From Scenedesmus sp. PABB004 (taxonomy: Eukaryota): a DNA stretch of 64,000 nt. Positions 51,245 to 63,660 of this stretch are shown one piece after another; position 1 is the first letter of the stretch; every line of letters begins with the position of its first letter. Both the position numbers and the translations under genes were made by a program. The DNA lies in assembly GCA_014905635.1 (NCBI GenBank), contig JABVCE010000005.1:1488001-1552000 (forward strand). Direction: 5' to 3'. A model generated the notes under the pieces. The model did no database searches. It was given only the letters and a program-made list of their open reading frames with translations, and had not been told where the DNA came from.

Positions 51245-54200
51245 ATGGCGGCGCCACGGCCGGCCACCGCCAGCGAGCTGCAGCGCAAGGAGGCCGAGGT
51301 CGCCGCGCTGCGCGTCGCCGCGCTGAGCGCGCTGGAGCAGCAGGTGCGGCGCCTGCAGCGCGCGGCTGCCGGGCGCGGGCGACCGGCGGCGGGCGGCGGG
51401 GCGCCCGTCACGCGCGCGCGCCCACGCTCGCGGGCGCCGCCCGCCCGCGGCCCGCGCAGCTGGCGGCGAGCCAGGCGGCGCACGGGCAGCTGGCGGCGCA
51501 CTTTGAGGAGCTCAAGACAGACTTTGAGTACAACCTGGGCCTGCTGGCGGAGCGGGACGCGGAGCTGGCGGCGGCCGACGCGGCGGCGGACGCGAGCGCG
51601 GCCGAGCTCGCGGCGCGCGGCGCGGCGGCGGCGGCGCTGCAGGCGCAGCTGGCGGCGGCGCAGAGCGGTGGGCGGCGCGGCGGGCGCGGCGCGTGCTGCG
51701 CGGCCGGCGGCCGGCCGCAGCGCCGCGCGGCGGCGGGCGGCGCGCTCACGCGGCCGCGCGGCTCGCCCGACCCGCGCAGACGCGCATGCGGAGCGGCAGC
51801 GCGCCGCCGACGCGGCGGCGGGCTTTGGCGGCAAGCTGAGGGACCTGGAGCGCCAGCTCGAGGCGGAGCGCAGCGGCCGGGCGGCCGCGCTGCTGGAGGC
51901 GCAGCAGGAGCACGAGGCGCAGCGCCGCGCGCTGCAGCGCCTGCTGGCAGAGGCCGAGGAGCAGCTGAAGCGGCAGCGCCGCGAGCTGTCGGCGGGGTTC
52001 CTGCTGCAGGCGCAGCAGCTGGAGGCCAAGGCCGCGGCGGCGGCCGCCGACGCGCGGGCGGAGGCCGCCACGGCCGCGGCGCTGGCCGAGGCCCGCGCCG
52101 CGGAGGCCGCGGCCGCGCACGAGCAGGCGCTGGAGCACGCGCGGCGCGGCGAGGTGGGGCGGCGGCGCCCGCACCGAGGGGGGGGGGAGTATGGCGTTGG
52201 GGGGGGGTATGGCGTCCGCGCGCCTGCTTGCGTGCCTGCTCGCCGCCGAGCACCGCGCCCTCGACTGCCGCAGGCTGCCCAGGCGCGTGCGGTCGAGGCC
52301 GAGGCCGCCCTGCGGTCGCTGCGGGCAGAGTACGAGGCGGCGCAGGGGCAGCTGTCCGACCAGTTGGCTCGGGCGCAGCGCCACGCGCTCGCACTGCAGG
52401 AGCAGCTGCAGCTGGCCGCTGCTGAGAAGCAGATGCAGGTGCGCTGGCGGCTGGTCGTGGGGCGCGGGCACTGGCCTCGCGCCCCAGCCGCCGGCGGGCG
52501 CTCACGCGCGCCCCCGCTGTCGCTGTCGCGCGCCACGCCAGGCGACTGAGCTGGCGGCCGAGGCGGCGGGCCTCCGGCAGCAGCTGCAGGAACAGCAGGA
52601 CCGCGCCGCCGCCGCGGCCGCCGAGCAGGGGGCGGCGCACGAGCAGGCGCTGCAGGCGCTGCAGGCGCGCCTGTCGGCGGCGGTGGCCAAGGGCGCCGCG
52701 CAGCACGGCGAGGCGCTCGACGCGGCGGGCCAGCTGCGCGCTCGGCTGGCGGAGGCCGAGGCGCAGCTGGCGGCCGCGCGGGTCGAGCGCGACGCGCTGC
52801 AGGAGCGCGTGGCGGCCGCCGTGGCGGAGGCGCTGGGCGCGGCCGAGGCGGCGGCGGACGAGGCGCAGCAGCAGGTGCTGGGCCTGCAGCAGGAGGCGGG
52901 GGCGCTGCGCGCCACCAACGCCGCGCTGCACCAGGCCCTCGAGGAGGTCCACGCGGCGGCGGCCAGCTTCCAGGCGCGACGCGGGGAGGGCCCGGCCCGT
53001 GCTCTGGGGGGGCGCGCCGCGCGCGCGCGCCGCTTCCGCGGGGGTCGGCGCTCACGCCTCCGCCGCCCGGCGGCGCCCGCTCGCCGCGCAGGACCAGCTC
53101 GCGACGTCCGCCGAGCGAGAGCGGGACCTGGAGCGCAGGCTGCTGCAGGCGCAGCTACGCCTGGAGCAGGCGGCCGAGGCCGCGGCAGCGCAGCGCCCCG
53201 CCCTGCCGCCCGCCGGCGCCGGCAGCGCCGCGGGGGCTGCTGCTGCTGCTGCTGCTGCGGATGGCAGCGCCAGCCCCAGCGACGCGGCGGTGCGGGGCCT
53301 GCTGCAGCAGCGCGACGCGGCGCAGGCGGCGCTTGCGCAGGCGCGCGACCAGCTGGCCGCGCAGCAGGCGGAGCTGCACGTGCTGCGGCAGCAGCTGCGC
53401 GACGCGGCCCCGCGCGGGCCGGCACCGCCGCCCGTGCCGCCCCTGGCGCTGCGCTCGCCCGGCGCGCAGCCGGCGCCGAGCGGCGAGCCGTCGGGGGTGA
53501 GCGGGCTGGACGGCGACTCGTTCTCTGGCCTACCCCTGGGCAAGCTGCCGCCCACGCCGGGCAGCGGCGCGGCGTTCTGGCTGGGCTCGCCGCGCGGCTT
53601 CGGCCTCGATCGCCCGGGCGGGGCGCCGCTGCCGCCGGCAGCCCCCCGGGCGCGGGCGAGCAGGGCAGCGGGCACAGCAGCTGCGCCGCGGCGTCGGGGC
53701 GGCCGCTGTCGGCTAGCGCCGACGCAGGGCGGCCCGGCCTGGCCGCGCTGGCGGCGCACGTCGCCGGCCGCGGCGGTGCCGGCCAGCAGCAGCAGCAGCA
53801 GTCGCCGCAGCAGCAGCCGCAGCAGTGGCTCGCCAGCATGCGCAGCAGCCTCGAGGAGGCCAACCTTGCCTTGCTGGCCAGCCCGCCGCAGCCGGCCAGC
53901 GCGCGCGCCGCCGCCGGCAGCCCGGCGCAGCGGGCGCGGCAGCAGGAGCTCGCCGGCGCGCTCGTGGCGGCCGAGGCGACCAACGAGCGGCTGCGGGCCA
54001 TCATCGGCGCGCTGCGGCAGGAGATGGAGGAGCTGCAGGCGGCGAGTGCGTGCCCGCCGCGCGGTGGCCACGCGCCGCGCCCGCGCCCGGCCGGCGCCTC
54101 AAACATCCCCGCTGCGTGCCCGCCGCGCCGCAGACCTCGGCGGCGACGGCGCGCAGCCGCCACCGCGCCCGCGCAGCCCGCGCGACGGCGGTGGCGCGGC

Positions 54201-55783
54201 GGCGAGCGTGGAGCTGTCGGTGCTGCGTGCGGAGCTGGCCGCCTCGGACGCCGAGGCGGAGCACCTGCTGTCCCACCTCGCCCTGCTGCAGCGCCAGCTG
54301 GGCGGCGGCGGCGGCGGAGGGCCTGGCGCGGGGCCGGAGCTGGAGTTCTTGCGCGAGGTGAGGCGAAGGGGAAGGGGGCGTCAGGGCCGTGCGCGCCGCG
54401 GCGGCGGCAGGTGTCCGCGCCGCGGCTCACCTGGCTGGCGCCGGCGCCGGCGAGCCCGGCGGCTCACTCGCACGCCGGTCTGTGCCGCCGCGCCGTCGCG
54501 TCGTCGCCGCAGCGCGTGGCGGCGCTGCTGCGCGACAATCGGGCCTTCCGGCGGCAGGCCATGCAGCTGCAGCTGCAGCTGCAGGCTGGCGGCGGCACGG
54601 CCGCTGCCGCGGGCGCCTCGCCGCAGCAGCAGCTGGCGCTGGCGGATGGCGCCGCTGGCCCGGCGCTGCCGGCGCAGCCCACGGGCGTGGCGGGGGCGGA
54701 CGCGGAGCTCGCCGCGGAGCTCGCTGCGGCGCGGGCGGCGCTGGCCGAGGCGGAGCAGCGGCTGGAGGTGCTGTCGGACGAGAACGAGCGGCTCATGGAC
54801 ATCAGCAACGCGCTGCGCGCAGACGCAGAGCGCCTGCAGGTGGGAGAGCCTGCGGGGCCGCTCGCGGCGGGCGGCGCCGGCCTCGCGCCGGCCGCCCCGC
54901 CAGCCCGTCGCGCTGACCAGCCACGCCGCTGGCGCCGCAGGGCCTGGGCGCCGAGCCTGGCAGCCCGCGCGGCGGCGCGCTCATGTTGCACGGAGGCTCG
55001 GCGGCCGCCTGGCCGGTGCGGTGGGCGCCGCTCCCGCCGGCGCCGTTCGCCTCGCCGCCGCCGCGGCAGCAGCCGTGGCCGCCGTGGCCGCCGTGGCCGT
55101 CGCAGCAGCAGCCCGACGCGTGGGCGCAGCAGGCGGCGTGGGGCCCGCAGGCGCTGGACGGCCGCTGGTCGGCGCCGCAGCCGCCTGCTCTTCAAGAAGA
55201 AGAGCAGCCTGCTGACGCGCGGCCTGAGGCTGCACCCCAGCCGCAGCAGGCGCAGCAGGCGCAGCAGGCGCAGCAGGCGCAGCAGGCGCAGCAGGCGCAG
55301 CAGGCGCAGCAGGCGCAGCAGCGCGCTGGCCAGCCGCAGGAGCTGCTGGTGCAGGCCATGCTCGGCGCACGGCCGGGCAGGGATGCGGCGCCCGCTGCGC
55401 CCGCAGCCGACGGCAGGGCGCCCAGCGTGGCCAGGGGCGCCGGCAGCAGCGGCCGGGCGGGCGCGGCGCCGCCGCCCGCGGGGCCCTGGGGCCCCGCCGC
55501 CGCCGTTGGCGGGCAGGCGGCGGGCAGCTCGCGCGCCGCGGAGGCCGCCGGCCTGCAGGCGCACGACGTGCCGCGCGGCCGCGCGGCGCCGCTGCAGCGC
55601 AAGCGCGCGCAGAAGGGCCAGCAGCAGCAGCAGCCGCAGGCGCCCGGCGCGCGGCCGCTGCGCGTGCGCAACTACAACGTCGCGGACGACGGCGAGGCCG
55701 CCACGCTCGCCGCAGCGGCGGCGGCCGTCGCGGCCGCGGCGGCGCGGCAGTCCGTGCTTGCGGCGCGGGGCGGCGACGCGTGA
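51245..55783 (+). CDS. CCDC57: CCDC57-like centriolar coiled-coil protein
   Basis: N-terminal LKTDFEYNLGLLAERDAEL, long coiled coils, ENERLMDISNALRA, C-terminal VRNYN motif. Confidence 0.78.
55242..55322 (+). repeat. Coding microsatellite (CAGCAGGCG)n encoding a QQA repeat
   Basis: About nine consecutive 9-bp units in the last CCDC57 exon. Confidence 0.85.
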
Positions 55784-56152
55784 CGGGCGGGTGGGTCGCG
55801 TCGTCGTCGTTGCGGCTGGCTGGCGGGCGGGTGGGCGGCTCGTGCGCCGTCAGGGACAGTTAACCCACCGCACGCGTGTTGCAAAGAGAGAGGTGTGCCC
55901 CAAAGCTGACAGAGCGCAAAGTCGGCAGCGCAGCTGTCAGCTGATGATGATGCCATGCCATGCAGCCCCCCATCGTTGGCGCCCATGCGGGCCGGCCGCC
56001 CCTGGCTTCACCTCTCGCCCCCTCGTTGGTTTCGCCGGCTCCAAAAAAGTGCAACTGCTGCTCGCCAACAGCACGGCCGCCGCCACAATGCAGGCGGCGG
56101 CGTGCGGCTGCGGCGCGCGGCGCTCGGGCGCAGCGCAGACCCACGGCCGCGC

Positions 56153-57430
56153 TCACATCACGGCGCAGCAGGCATGCGCACGCCGCCGGCTGCTCGCCGC
56201 AGCCCTGCCCGCGCCGCGCTGCTGCTGCTGCTGCTGCTGCTGCCGCTGCTGCGGCGCCGCGGGCAGGGCCGCCTTGGCCGCGCCCTCGCCCCCCTGCCGC
56301 AGCGCCCGCGCGCCCGCGGCGCCCGGGTCGTGCGCGAGGGGCGGCCCCGCGAGCACGACGAGGTCCTGCGGCTCCAGGTCGCTCGCCGACGCCTCCAGCA
56401 GCTGCTGCAGCGCCGGCGGCTGCGGCGCCCGCTGCGCGTGGGCCGGTGGCAGCGGCGGCGGCTGCGCCGCCGCGGCGGCGGCGAGCGCGCGCAGCTGGTC
56501 CGCCTCGGCCTGTTGCCGCGCCGCGTGCAGCGCGCCGCCGTCCCAGCCGGGCCAGCGGCTCCAGTTGAAGCCGAGGCTGGCGAGCAGGCGCAGCTGCGCC
56601 TCGAAGCCCTCGTTGGGCTCCACGCGCGGCCGCGCGCGCCGCACGTCAGCGAGGCACTCGTCGTAGCCGCGGCCGCCCCGCCACATGAGGTACGCCACCG
56701 CGACCGCGGCGGAGCGGCTCTGCCCGTGCGCGCAGTGCACCAGCACGCTCCCTGCGCCGCGGCGGCGGCGGCGGCGGCGTCGGCGGCGCCGGCGCGCCGG
56801 GCGCTCGCGCGGGCGTGGCGCTGCGGCGCGCTGCGGCGCGCGGCGCGCGGCGCGCACCCGTGGCCATGCCGGCGGCGATGAACTGGAACGCCGCGGGCAG
56901 GCAGTGCACGAGGTCGGTGTCTGGGCGGTCGGGCAGGTCGACGCGGTGGTACACAAAGTGGCGCGGGTGGTGCGCGCGCAGCTCGTACCCAACCTGCGCG
57001 CCACAGGGGAGGGAGGGACACGCGCCGGCGCGGGCGCGGTGACGGGCGGGCGGGCGTCGGCGCCGGCGCGGCCGCGGGCGCGGGTGCGGCCGGCGGGGAG
57101 CGGGGTGTCGCGCCGGCGGAGGGCCCGCGCGCCGCCGCCGCCGCGCCTGCACGATGTGCGTGATGCCGTGGCGTTGCAGAACGCCGCGCGCGCCCTCGGT
57201 GAAGGCGGAGCTCAGGAAGAGGCGCGGCTCCACCTGCGGGGCGGGAGGGCGGCGGCTCGCGCGGGCGCGGGCGTGCCGGCGGCGCGTTCGCCGCTGCCGC
57301 CGCGCGCCGCCGGGCGCACCTCATCGGGCTGCAGGCTCGGGTGGTTGGCGACGCTGCTGTCCAGGCTGACGTCAGACATGGTCGCATCGCTCGGCCGGCC
57401 CGTGAGCGTGGCGCCGCGGGCAGCATCCAT
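56153..57430 (-). CDS. Dual-specificity protein phosphatase, 4 exons
   Basis: VEPRLFLSS, GITHIVQV, VDLPD (general acid), VLVHCAHGQSRSAAVAVAYLM, PNEGFEAQL. Start is 57430 or 57379. Confidence 0.92.
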
Positions 57431-58103
57431 GGTGACCCACATTGCTGGGCCGGGCTCGCGCCCGCCGGACGCCCAAAGTCACATGCGCTCTGGGTGTCCG
57501 CCCCCCATGCGCGCAGCGATCAACAGGCGGCCTCTGGTCGGGGCGCCCCGGGGTCGTCCTCTCCGCGCGCGCTGGGGCCGAGCCGGGCTGCGCTTGGGGC
57601 GTGAGCGATCCACCAAGGTGCTGGGAACACTGAGGAGGGTGCGCCGGGGGCGCGGGGGTTGGTGCGCCGCGGCGGCGGCGGCGGCGGCGCAGCGCTGAAG
57701 CGCCGCCCCAGCTCGCCACCGCCCGCAGCGCGGGGCGACGCCGGCGTTGAGTGTGGTATACACAGCTTTACCACCGCGACCCCGTGCAGCAGCACCCAAA
57801 ATCGCACACACGCCAACGCACACACCGACGACGGCCTACGCCTACTGCCGCGCGCCGGGCCCCGGGCGGGCGTGGCCGCACCGTTGCGCGGCGGCCCTGC
57901 GCCGGCGCCCGCGGCGCGGCGCGCGCGCTCCTTGATTCACCCTGCCGCCACGGGCCCGCGCGCGGCGCGCGCGCGCGCGGGCGCGCGCCGCCGCCCCCCC
58001 CGCCGCGCGCGCGCAGGGGCGCTCGCTCCGCTCCCTCCCTGCCGCCGCCGCTGGTGCGCGTCGGCGCGCGCCAGCGCGCTCAGCGCGCGTCGGCGCGTGT
58101 CGC

Positions 58104-60068
58104 TCAGGAGACGGGGACGACCTCCTTCTCGGTGATGCGCTCGTAGACCTCGCGAACCTTGAGGCCGATGATCGTCTGCAGCAGGCCGGTGCCGTTGTTG
58201 CTGCCCGGGAAGCTGCTGTTCTTCAGCATCTGCTGCGTGATCTCGCCGTAGAACTTGGCGCTCGTGTTGCTGAGGTGGCTCTCCACGTAGATGAGCTCCT
58301 CGAGCTTGTCAAACTGGCCGTCCATCTCGAGCACGCTCACGTCCTCCCCGTACCTGGGGGGGGGGGGGGGGGGGGGCGCGGCGCGAGCGGCAGGGGTCGG
58401 CGAGGCACGGGCGGCAGGGGTCGGCGGGCGGGGCGGCTGGCGCGCGGGGCGTGCCGCCCCGCGGCGGCTGCGCGCAAAGAGCCCCGCGCGGCGGCGCGGT
58501 GCCACGCGGGCGGGCGGGCGGGCGCGCTGCGGGGGCGCGCCTCACCAGGTGTCGGGGCCGTAGTAGAACTTGATGCCGGGGAAGCTGCAGGTGAGCTTGC
58601 GGCCGCAGGGGATCCAGCTGATGGTGCTGCCCTCGTCAAAGAGGTAGACCGGGTCAAAGAGCTTCTTGCCCTCCTTCTGGATGAGGCGCACGCGCAGGAT
58701 CTTGCCCTCGTCCTCGGGGACCAGCTGCGTCGGCAGCACCTGCGCGCGCGCGGGCAACACACCGCGCGCGGGGCGGCGGGGAGGGGGGTCAAGAGGGGCC
58801 GCGCGGGGTGCGGGTGTGGGCGGGCGGCGGCAGGGCAGGCGGCGGCCCGGCGGGCGGCGGAGCGAGAGAGAGAGAGAGAGGGAGAGGGGCGGAGAGCGGC
58901 CGCGCCCTGCGCCCCGCGCGCGTCCGCGGCGCGCGTGCCTGGACGATCATGTCGGCGTGCTTCTTCTGGGGGTCGATGTAGGCGTCAAAGTCGGGCTTGC
59001 GCGCCTCGATGGACTTCTTGATGCTGTCCAGGCTGTGCCCGCGCTCCGCCATGTCGCGCTGGATCTTCCACGCAAACTTGACGTCGTCGCTGCGCAGCGC
59101 GTGGCGGCGGGGCGGGGCGGGCGGCGCGGGTGAGGAGGCAGCCCCGCCGCCGGGGCGGACCCCAGCCCGCGTCGCCGCCCCACCCCAGCCCCGCGCGCGC
59201 CGCGGCGCCACTGCCTGCCCGTCCCTGCACGCTGCTTTCTCCCCCTCCCACACACACACCACATAGTCACACAGTCACAGTCCCCGACACACACACCTGA
59301 TGTCGAGGTAGATCTTAAAGTCCACCAGGTCGCGCACGCGCTCGTCGTAGAAGGGGTGCAGGCCCTCAATCACCAGGATCTGCGCGCGACAAGGGGCGGC
59401 GCGCGGGCGGGGTGCGCAGCGGGGTGAGCGCCAGCGGGGTGAGGTGAGAGACAGGGCGCGCAGGGCGGGCGCGGGAGGGGGGGGGGGGGGGGCGGGCGGG
59501 CGGCGGCGCCGCGGCGCGCGGCGCGCGCACGTTGGGGCTGGCGATGGTCTCCGGGGGGTCGAGCGCGCCGGTGACGTGGTTGTAGATGGGCTTGTCGGCG
59601 GGCTTGCCCTCCTTGAGCGCCTTGACCTGCTCGTACATGAGGTCAAAGCTGGGGGGCGGGGAGGGAGGGAGGTGGGGAGGTGGGGGCGGGGCGGGCGCGG
59701 GGGCGCGGTGAGCGGCGGCCGGCGGCGCGGCCCGCTGCTGCTGCTGCTGCTGCGGCGCCGGCTGCTGGCGGCCGCCGGCCCGCACGCGCCGCGCTGCGCC
59801 CGCGCCGCGCCGCGTCCGCCGCGCGGCGCTCACTTCTGCGCCTCGGGCGCGAGCGCGGTCACGCCCGCGGCGGAGCGGCCCTTGCGGTCGAGGCTGTGGT
59901 AGTCGTCGAGGCAGATCACGGTGGCCATGTCGCTGATGAGGGTGTTGGAGTCGGGGTTGCCGCCTGGCGCGCGGGCGCGCGGCGCGGGCGAGGGCGGGCG
60001 TGAGCGCGGCGGTTGGCACCGGCGGGTGCTCCCCAGGGGGCGCGCGCGCGCGGCGCGCGCTGCCAGGC

Positions 60069-60110
<42 letters not shown>

Positions 60111-60834
60111 GCCGCCGTGCACTGCCGTGCGCCGTCGCAGCTGTCGCTGCGCTGCCGGCGCGCGCCGCCGCGGCACGCCGCGCGCGGCGCGACCAGCAGC
60201 TACGCCGCTCCGCCGCGCCGCGCACCCGCGGGGGGAGAGGGGCTGCCGCCGAAGATGGAGGTCATGCGGCGCATGAAGGTGGACTTGCCGCAGCCTGCGG
60301 GGCAGGAATGCGCGTCAGCGCGCGCGGTGGCGCGGGGAGCTGCAGCAGCGCATTGCGGGACGCCCGCCCCGCGCCCGGGGCGCACCGGAGTCGGCAGCCA
60401 GGCCGATGACGACCGTCTTGCCATCCTTGGCGTTCACGACCACGGCGCGCCGGCCGGCCGCGGCCTGCGGCGGCAGCGCGGGGCGGGCGCGCAGCAGTCG
60501 CGATCGCGCCCTCCCCGGCGCTCCGCGGCCCCGGCCGCGCCCCGCGGCCCGACCGGGACGACGCCCGGGCAGGGCGCGCCCGGACGCGCCGCCGTGCGCC
60601 CCCAATGCCGCGCACCTGCCGGCCGGCGGGGGCGCGGGCAGCCCTGCGGGGCGAGGCGCGCGCCGCGGCGTGAGCCCGCCGGCGCGGCGCGCGGCGTCCA
60701 CCGCGCGACGCAGCCCAGGATCACGCCCACGCCGGCGCGCGGGGCAGAATGAGCGCGCCCGCGCGGAGCAGCGCGCGCGAGCTGGGCCGCCCGGCGCACC
60801 TGGCGGGCGCGTTGGTGCGGAGGGACATCGCCAT
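58104..60834 (-). CDS. PRK: Phosphoribulokinase, chloroplast precursor, 9 exons
   Basis: Transit-peptide-like N-terminus, VVIGLAADSGCGKSTFMRR, NPDSNTLISD, VICLDDYH, ILVIEGLHP, WKIQRDMAERGH, WIPCGRKLTCSFPG. Confidence 0.98.
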
Positions 60835-61316
60835 GGTTGCTGGTCTGTCGACGCTGCGGCTGGGCAGAGTGGAGCGGGCGGCGGGGAGCAGTCGCAGGAT
60901 GGGCGCCATCATCGCGAGTGCGTTGAGCCCGAGTGACGCGCGCTGGTCCACGCGCGTGTCGCAGCGACGTGCTGCGACTTGCCCACCCGGCCGCGGCGCC
61001 GAGCGCGCGGCGTGAGCGCCCTTGCAGCGGCCCCGGCTGCTGCCGAGCCAGCACCTCTCCTCGCTCGAGCTGGCCGCTCTGGCTCCTCTCCACCCCGCAC
61101 CAGAGAGACGCCCTGCAGCGCAGGGCGCCGGCCGCGCGACGCCGCCGGCGGCCGCCGCTGCCGCGCCGCTGCTGCGCGCGCTGCAGGCCAGAGCGCTGTC
61201 GCGGGGCCCGCAGCGCGCGGCGCGGCGGCCGTGCGTGGGCCCTGAGTAGCAGACGGCTACACCAGCGCCGGCGCCGGCGAAGCAGCGCGCCCTCCCGCCG
61301 CGAGCGCTCGCGGCGC

Positions 61317-63660
61317 ATGGCAGCGGCGGCGCCGGCCTACGCGCATTCACGCAGCGACGCGTGGGGCCGGCACCTGGTCGCCGCGGCCGACCTGCCGCCC
61401 GGCGCGGCGGCGGTGCGGCAGGCGCCGTACGCGGCGGTGCTGCTCGACGCCGCGCTCGCGGCGCGCTGCGACTGGTGCTTCGCCGCGGCGCCGGGCCTCG
61501 CGCGCTGCGGCCGCACCAAGCGGGCGCACTACTGCTGCGTGGCCCACCAGCGCGCGGCGTGGCGCGCCTACTACAGGGCCGAGGCGGCCGCGCTCGCGGC
61601 GGCGGCGCCCCACGTGCCGCCGCCGACCGTGCGGCTCGCGGCGCGCGCGCTCTGGCGGCGCGCGAGGTGCGCGGGGGCGCTGCCGCAGACGCCGGGCGCC
61701 GCGACCGCCGCGGGCGCAGGCGCGCGCCGCTCACGCGCGCGCGCCGCCCGCCGCGCGCCCGCAGCGAGCTCGCGGCGGCGCGCGGCGAGGCGCAGGCGCA
61801 GCCGCAGGCGCAGCCGCGCGAGGGCGTGCCGGGCGGCGGGTGCTGGGGCGACGTGGAGGTGCTGCAGACCCACTGGGACGCGCTGGACGGCGGGCGCAAG
61901 GTGACGTACGCCCAGATGGCGGTGCTCACGCGGTGCGCGCGCGCTGCGCCGCGCGCCCGCCGCCCCGCGCGCGCCCGCGCCCACGTCTGCGCCCGCCCGC
62001 CGCGCAGGCAGTTCATGGCTGGCGGCGCGGCCGGCGGGCAGACGGCGGGGCCGCCGCCCGGCGACGACGGCGACGACGCGCTGCCGGGCGTGCGGGCGAT
62101 CGCGCAGCTGCTGGCGCGGTTTGCGTGCAACAACCACACCATCTGCGACGACGAACTGAGGCCGATCGGCGTGGGCCTGTACCCCCTCGGTGCGCTGGTC
62201 AATCACAGCTGCACGCCCAACTGCGCGCAGAGCTTCGAGGGGCCGGACATCGTGTTCAAGTGCGCGAAACGCCGCGCCACGGGCGCGCTGCCGCCGCCGC
62301 CCCGCCGGCCGCGGGCGACGACGCGCGCCGCGCCGCGCCGCGCCGCCGGCCACCGGCCGCGCAGGACGCTGCGGTGCGTGCCCGCGGGGGAGCAGCTGAG
62401 CATCAGCTACGTCGAGCTCGCCGCGCCGCGCCAGGAGCGGCGGCGCACGCTGCTGGCGCAGTATTTCTTTGACATCGACGCGGACGCGGACGCGCACGCG
62501 CACGCGCAGACGGGCTGCGTGCGCGAGCCGCTGCCGGCGCCGGCGCAGCCTCCGGCGGGGCGGGGCGCCGCCGGCGGCGGCGACGCCGCGGGCGGCGCGC
62601 GCGACGGCGAGGCGACGGTGACGCTGCTGAGCTTCCCTGGCAGAGCCAGGCCGCCCTGGCCGGAGGATGCGGCGGACGGGCAGCTGTGCCAGGTGGTGCT
62701 GCGCTGCGCCGGCGGCCAGGCGCGGGCGCTGCCGGGCGGCGTGTGCCTGCTGCCGGCGGTGCCGCCGGCCGGCGGCGCGGGCGGCGACGCGGGCGACGCC
62801 GCTGGGCTCTTTGCAGACCTGGAGGCGCTGGCGCTGTCGGGCGGCGGGGTGGGCGGGGCGCCGGCAGCCGAGGGGGCGGGTGAGGGCGGGGAAGCACAGG
62901 GCGGCGCAGGGGAGGGGGGCGGCGCCGCGCAGCGGCCGGCGTCGGTCAAGCCGCCGCCGCAGCAGCTGGAGGTGGTGCAGTGGGGCGACTGGGGCGCCGC
63001 GGCCGCGGCCGCGGGCGTCGCGCTGCCGACCGCCGAGCTGGCGCGCGCCGGCGCCGCGGCGGCGCTGGCGGCGTGGCGCCTGCAGCAGCACGCCGACCGG
63101 CTCGCCGAGGGCGGCGCCGCGGGCGCCGCGCTGCGTGCCTACCGGCGGGGCCTCGCGGCCGCGGACGGCGTCGAGCTGCCGCCGTGCGCCGGCGGCGCGC
63201 GCGTGGGCCTCGGCCCCGGGCACGCCCTGCGCGCGCGGCTGACCGCGGGGGTGCTCAAGGCAGCCGTGGACGAGGGCGGCAGCTGGCCGGCCGCCCTGGC
63301 CGCGGCGCGCGCGCTGGTTCCGGTCCACGACGCCGTCTACCCCAAGGCGCGACGCGCGCAGCAGAGCGGAGCGCGCAGCGCGGGCGCGGGCGCTGCGCGG
63401 GGGCGCCGGCCGCCGGCCGCGGCGCTGGCCAACGCGCGTGCCGCCCGCAGGTCTGGCCCAACCGCGGCCTGCACCTCGCGCTGCTGGCCAAGCTGGCGCT
63501 GCTGCTCGAATCGCCGCGCGAGGCGGCCGAGGCGGCGGGCGGCGCGGCCGACGTGCTGCGCGTGACGCACCCCGGCGGCGCCGTGCTGCACGAGGTGCTG
63601 CGCCTGCGCCACGAGGCGGACGCGGAGCTCGCGGCCGCGGCCGCCGCGGCGCGCGAGTGA
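61317..63660 (+). CDS. SET and MYND domain (SMYD / ASHR1-like) lysine methyltransferase, 5 exons
   Basis: GRHLVA, MYND-like CDWC...YCCVAHQRAAW, CNNHTICDDELRPIGVGLYP, NHSCTPN, GEQLSISY, C-terminal LRVTHP helix. Confidence 0.88.

Noticed and set aside
55904..55950. AGCTGACAG...CTGTCAGCT hairpin followed by TGATGA
   Set aside because: Short stem in convergent 3' UTRs with no convincing C/D box pair.
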